DNA of 64,000 bases from Mobula hypostoma. Lineage: Eukaryota. The stretch lies in the NCBI RefSeq assembly GCF_963921235.1, contig NC_086097.1, forward strand, positions 18,230,001 to 18,294,000. Reading direction: 5' to 3'. This document shows positions 58,511-64,000 of this stretch, one piece after another. Below the pieces are notes generated by a model. It had not been told where the DNA came from and searched no databases. It worked only from the letters and a program-made list of their open reading frames with translations. The translations under genes and the position numbers were made by a program. Every line of letters starts with the position of its first letter. Within the stretch, counting starts at the first letter, position 1.

Positions 58511-59482
58511 CATTGGACAACAAATTTTTTCAAAAGTGTTGCTTCCTCAGAATTTTTCTTGTTTATGATAGACTGCTTGAAGATGAATGCAAATATAATT
58601 TCAGACTACTTGTATCACGTAGGAATTTGGAGAAACAACAAATTAACTTTTATTGAATATAATGTGTTTAATTGCATAATGGTGCTGATACTTTGCAATA
58701 CTTCAACTAAGTTAAAAATACTTTGTTAATGATTTTCATTTGTACTCAGTGTCTGAGGCTTCCCACTTAAGTGTCCAACAATAATTCACCAGCGTTGATG
58801 GATTCCAGTTGCCCTGGTATCTTTTCTCCATGACCGCAATGTCCTGGTGAAACCTTTCACCATGCTCATCTCTAACAGCACCAAGATTTGCAGGGAAGAA
58901 GTCTAAATGGGAATGTAGAAAATGAATCTTTAGTAACATGTTGCATTTCATGGTTTTATATGCTTGAAATATGCTTTCAACCAGTTGCATGTAGTTTGGT
59001 GCACTGTAGAAGCCGAGAAAAATTTCAACGATTTTCTCTGGTCCCACTAGAAATTCTTCAAATTGCCTGTTATTGATGACCTGTTTGATTTGTGGACCAA
59101 CAAAAATGCTTTCCTTAATCTTGGCATCAGTTATTCTGGGAAGTATCTGTCTCAAATATCAAAATCCTTCATAGAAATTTTTGTGCCTGGTGATAGCAAA
59201 TTCCATCCTTACGGTCCTGAACCCAATAATTATTACTAAAACCTGTCCTGCCAGGCAGCAGCCACGCTGCCTAAGCATGCCTGGACAAGATAGGAAACTT
59301 TCCAGCTTACATTGTAGGCAATATTTTAATTGACTTGAATTATGAATTGAAATAATACACATAAGTTTATTAAAAAATGGTGCATGATAGAGAAATGTCA
59401 TGGTAATTTTCATGATCAGTAGCCCATAATTCTTAAGATACACCTAAGGGTATTCAGGAAGCAAAATCTTTGTTGTCCAGTG
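58511..59482 (-). mobile_element. Internally deleted Chapaev3-like (CMC/EnSpm superfamily) DNA transposon
   Basis: TIRs ca(t/c)tggacaacaaa / tttgttgtccagtg. 3-bp TSD TTA at 58508-58510 / 59483-59485. Splits an old CR1 fragment. Confidence 0.82.
58736..59175 (-). pseudogene. Chapaev3-type transposase C-terminal fragment
   Basis: AKIKESIFVGPQI, KIHFLHSHLDFFPANLGAVRDEHGERFHQDI..MEKRYQG.W...YCW. Family assignment is from recall of these motifs plus the CAC..GTG/TWA termini. Confidence 0.8.
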
Positions 59483-61206
59483 TTATAGTGAATGAATCTG
59501 ATTCCACTGCCTTTTCTGGCATTTAACTCCAGATATCAAGTACTGTCTGTGAAAAATAACTTTTCCCTTAAATGCTCCTTCCTCTCACCATAAACCTATG
59601 TCTTCCTACTTTGATACCCCTTCAATGAGTAAAAGATTTGACTATCCACCCTACCAATGCCTCTATTATTCATATAAACTTCTATTAGGTTACCCTTCAA
59701 CCTCCTTCACTCCAGTGAAAACAATCCTGGTTTAGAAGACCATAAAACTATAGTATAACCTGGAAAATTCATTATCCATCCATCCATCAATCCATCCACA
59801 ATGCCTGTTGCTCTCTACACAATGGATAGGGCAAGTACTTCACTCTTCCGATGTGTGTAGTATTGAGCTGAAAGCTGCAAGACCGGGCAAACCTTAACTG
59901 TCAGCAGGGTTGGATTGGGGTGCAGAGTTATTATTGTTCTTCTACTTTAATGTTCCCATGCTTGTTTGCATTTTAATATGGTCATCTACAGTACTGTGCA
60001 AAAGACTTATTCACATATATATATGTAATACCTGGTTTATGACCATACTTTATTTTATTAATATAATTTTGCTGTTGGGTATTTTATTTTCTGCAGGTTT
60101 TCTCAAAATGCAATGTGTTCCCTTAATTACATTATACAATTGAGTATTTCATTTTTTGCTGTTTAAAATAATAATTCAGTTGATTAATACTTAAGTTGCA
60201 CAATACTGTACTTGTCAACATGGAGTGGAGAGTGAATTTGTAAAACTGGCAGGATGAAAGGATGTTGGGAATGGCGAGGGTGGAGTGCCGTGGGAGGGGT
60301 GTGGAGCATGTGGTAGACAAGGAGTGCCAGGGGCAGGGGGTGGTGCGGGCACAAACACACCCAGCCCTGAGGCACCAGTCAAGGTCATTTGATTCCAAAC
60401 AGTTGGTTTACTGACCAATGCAGAATGTCTGTCTGGTTCTTCCCACTCCCTCCCCTCTTCCTTCCCCTTTTCCCAACTATGATTCCCTCTCCCTGCCCCA
60501 CTTCCTACTCTCAATTGACAATAGAGACCCACATCAGAATCAGGTTTATCATTATTCATGCATGTAATGAATTTTTCTTGCTGCAGCAGCAGTGCAGTGC
60601 TATATATACATATAGCAGGTGTTTGACTATTTTATTTTTTAATTGTCAGCAATGGAATTTCTGTTATCAGTAGTCTGGCATGAGAAGACCACACCACTTA
60701 CAATATTTCTCTTTACTTTGTCTCTCATCTTGCTTTTTGTTTCCTCTCCTTTGCTCTTGTAAGACTTAATAAAATAATTCTAAACAATATGCTTCTGCCC
60801 CATTCTCGCTGTCTGAGGACCCTTTGGATTGCAAAACCATCAGAATCCAGCAGCAGTCAGAATTTATCTCGGCAGATAGTGATCTTCACCTTCAAGAGCT
60901 AAGCATACCAGTTGCTAGCAAGTGGCTGGATGCTGTCTACAGGTGAAAGGTCTCTCTCGCCATTGAGAGGGAGAGAGTGCTCTTCAGAATTGGAGGTAGT
61001 GATGCCACTTCTGATAATCTTTGATATTTCCAGGATCAGGCCAACCTAATCTCCTCTTGAGGTTGATTTCATATCCTTCCATTTTGTTTTTCTCTAGGAT
61101 CAGGAACAAGCCCATCCTCTCTCCTCCTGAAGTTGCTCTGTAAAATCATCCTTTGGCTTCATACCCTTCCTCCAGACCACCCTTCCCCACACTACAGTCT
61201 CTAGTC

Positions 61207-61265
61207 CAAAGACCCCTTGGTTAATGGTTGGGGGTCCTTGGCATAAAAAAAGTTGGGAACCCCTG
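61207..61265. mobile_element. Deleted hAT MITE of the same family as 15068-15147
   Basis: Right TIR gttgggaacccctg. 8-bp TSD ctctagtc (61199-61206) / ttctagtc (61266-61273). Confidence 0.65.
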
Positions 61266-61685
61266 TTCTAGTCTTACCCTCTCTTCTCTAACCACATTAG
61301 AATGCTGATACCCCTCCAAGCTGGAGAACTAGGGAAATGGGTTTCTGGGCAGGGTAGGGTCCTCTTCCTTGGGAGTTCTTCATGTGGCCTCTTCATGGTG
61401 CTGACGTTGGGTAGACGTTGCAGAAGCTGCCAGGGTGTGAATTGCCCACAGCCAAGCATAACTGGGATTGGAATCTCAGGTTTCCAATCAATTTATCATG
61501 TCCAAACATACTGTGAAATGTTAACAATCAACACACCTAAGGATGTGCTGGGGGCAGACTGCAAGTGTCGCCACACATTCTGATGCCTACATCGTGTGTC
61601 CACAATGCCCAGCAGAAGAATATCGAATACCACGAAACAGAACACGACAAAAATAAAACAGCAACAGCAGAACAAACCGCTTTCC

Positions 61686-61723
61686 ACACACACGCACACG
61701 CACACAAACACACACAAACATAA

Positions 61724-61755
<32 letters not shown>

Positions 61756-61767
61756 ACGTACACACAT

Positions 61768-61823
<56 letters not shown>

Positions 61824-61835
61824 ACGTACACACAT

Positions 61836-61887
<52 letters not shown>

Positions 61888-61911
61888 ACGTACACACATA
61901 CACACACACAA

Positions 61912-61945
<34 letters not shown>

Positions 61946-61957
61946 ACGTACACACAT

Positions 61958-62015
<58 letters not shown>

Positions 62016-62065
62016 ACACGTACACACACACAAACACACACACGCACACACACATACACATGCAC
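61686..62065. repeat. Compound (CA)n microsatellite within a minus-strand interspersed repeat (61490-62280)
   Basis: Directly visible. Recurrent aaacacacacgtacacacata subunits. Confidence 0.97.
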
Positions 62066-62361
62066 ACTACACAGTCCTCCAGCCCTAGGAAGGTACAGGC
62101 CTCTGGGCCTCCAATATCCAGGCTTCAGTCATTGGTTTTTGAGTTCTGGTCAACTTCTGGGCTTTGGGTTTCACCCCTGGATTCACCAAGCCAGGATCCC
62201 AAAAATCCAGGTTCAAACTCTGGGCTGCCAACTCACCGTGACTCAGGCCTCTCCACATCTTGGATGAACATTCGATCCCTGGATCTCATTGGATGTATTG
62301 GGTGTGGAGGGAGCAGACGGCCATCAGAGTCTATTAGTAACAAGCTAAGATACAGGAGGGC

Positions 62362-62582
62362 ATGATAGTGTAGTGGTTAGTGTAACGCTATTACTGCGCC
62401 AGTGACTTGGGTTCAATTGGGTCGCTGACTGTAAGGACTTTATATTCTCTCACTGCAACTGCGTGGGTATCCTGATTCCAAAGGCATACAGGCTATTCAG
62501 TGAACTGGTCACATGAGTGTAATTTGGCGGCGCAGTCCCGTTAAGCCTTTAGAGCCATTACCATGCTGTATCTAAATAAAAT
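62362..62582 (+). mobile_element. V-domain SINE (partly deleted)
   Basis: tagtgtagtggttag A box, gggttcaatt B box, tgtatctaaataaa end. Confidence 0.8.
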
Positions 62583-63632
62583 TTTTAAAAAGACCGATTT
62601 TCTGCTGCTGACTCACTCCCCCAGGTGAGGGGTAAGAGAGTAAAAAAAAACTAAAGTCATTTTAGAAAAGACTCTTCAAGTTAACACAAGTTGGAACCAC
62701 ATTCAAGTAAAGTGCGATATAAAGTGTGGTTGCCTGGCGATCACACAGAACACAAATCGGGCACAGTCCCCAGAGTTCCATTACATTAGGTCCTCAGCTA
62801 TACCCACTGCATTTCACTGCAGTGTGCAAAGTGGCATGTGTGATTAGGCACCAGCTTAGATGAAATTAATGAGGATAAATGTAATTCTTCCATTATTAGA
62901 GAACTGCTCAAAATGAAAGTACAGTGAATTAACCTTTAGCCGTTGAATTCATATATTTTCATATTCCCCGATTTAATATAAAAGGAAGTGAATGAGGCCT
63001 TAAAATGTAAAAATCTCAATAATACTACCATAACATTGAAACAAATTATTGCTGAAACATCAAACGCAAATGAATGCAGATATTCCAACACTGATCCTTC
63101 AAGTGCTGAGCAGGTGTACTTGGTTGAAGTTTTCTCTTCCTGGGCACTCCTCCCCCCCTCCAAGGTACAATCTATTGATGTAAATACTTCCAGCTGGAGA
63201 ACTCAGCCCTTAACCCTGGCTTCTCGATGAATTTAATTTCGATACGCATTGCTCTTGGTTTGTTTTTTGGAAGGTGCCTTTCAACATAATTCCTTTTAGT
63301 CGTCCTTTAATTGGGAAGATAGGAGAGTTTTTCTGATCCCTAACTGAAAGACTTGTCAGATTAAATTACAGGCAATAGATCACAAGTAGAAAGTTATTGA
63401 AACTGGTGACATGAAGCATGCTTAATTCATAAAGATACAAATCTATCTGAAAGGTTATTTTTCACTTCACTTCAAATTTATGGCTGCACTATTGAAGTAA
63501 TTGACAAATGGTAACAAACAGATTGTAAATGGAAACAAAATTCTAATAACTAACAAATAGGCACAATTGTTCTTTCATTTTTGTTCATTTTACTTCTTCC
63601 TTTTATGTGTCTTTCCCTTCTTCTCTCTCTCA

Positions 63633-63960
63633 GGGTAGCACAGTGGCATTACAGTTAGTGCAATTGCAATCACTGATCAGTTCTGATTCCCGCCACGGCC
63701 TGTAAGTTTGTATGTTTTCGTGTGACTGCTTGGATTTCCTCCGGGTGCTCTGGTTTTCTCCCACATTCCAAAGCTGTACTGGTTAGGGTTAGTACGTTGT
63801 GGGCATGCTACGTTGGTATGGGAAGCATGGCAGCATTTGCAGGCTGCTCCCAGCACAATCCTCACTGAACTGACAGGACGCAAATGATGAATTTCACTGT
63901 ACGTTTCAATGTTTTGACGTACATGTGACAAATAAAGCTAACCTGTATCTTATCATATCT
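63633..63960 (+). mobile_element. Near full-length V-domain SINE (tail type B)
   Basis: V-domain ggatttcctccgggtgctctggttttctcccacattccaaag. Tail ...gtacatgtgacaaataaagctaa. Confidence 0.85.
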
Positions 63961-64000
63961 AACTCTCTAAATCTTTTCTTCTAACTTTTTATCTGCAATT

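Noticed and set aside
62936..63230. Short ORFs on both strands in unique sequence as host exons
   Set aside because: No recognisable domain and no convincing acceptor/donor pair. Lengths are within chance expectation.
1..64000. Prokaryotic-style defence or RT system (retron, DGR, CRISPR-RT)
   Set aside because: All RTs are CR1/L1-type eukaryotic LINE enzymes, mostly broken, and there is no operon-like structure.

Overview
AT-rich vertebrate intronic or intergenic DNA, most likely from a cartilaginous fish (probably a ray). That assignment is inferred from the repeat repertoire: CR1/HER1-type LINEs, V-domain tRNA SINEs, Rex1/Babar and RTE LINE pieces, and Penelope-like elements (PLEs). I found no recognisable host protein-coding gene, rRNA, bona fide tRNA or CRISPR array. 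All long ORFs derive from transposons or microsatellites. The window is a dense mosaic of nested mobile elements: at least 7 large CR1 copies (two young), a truncated Gypsy element, a solo LTR, PLE fragments, a mariner MITE, hAT MITEs, an internally deleted Chapaev3-type DNA transposon and an L1 fragment. The most interesting signals are RNA-structural. There are about 10 PLE ends carrying minimal hammerhead ribozyme motifs (two intact), several arranged as fold-back palindromes. There is also a speculative HDV-like ribozyme fold at the 5' end of a ~580-bp non-coding retroelement, plus modular SINE and non-autonomous retroelement families. I cannot claim a wholly new biological system. Repeat boundaries are read by eye and are approximate unless a target-site duplication (TSD) is given.
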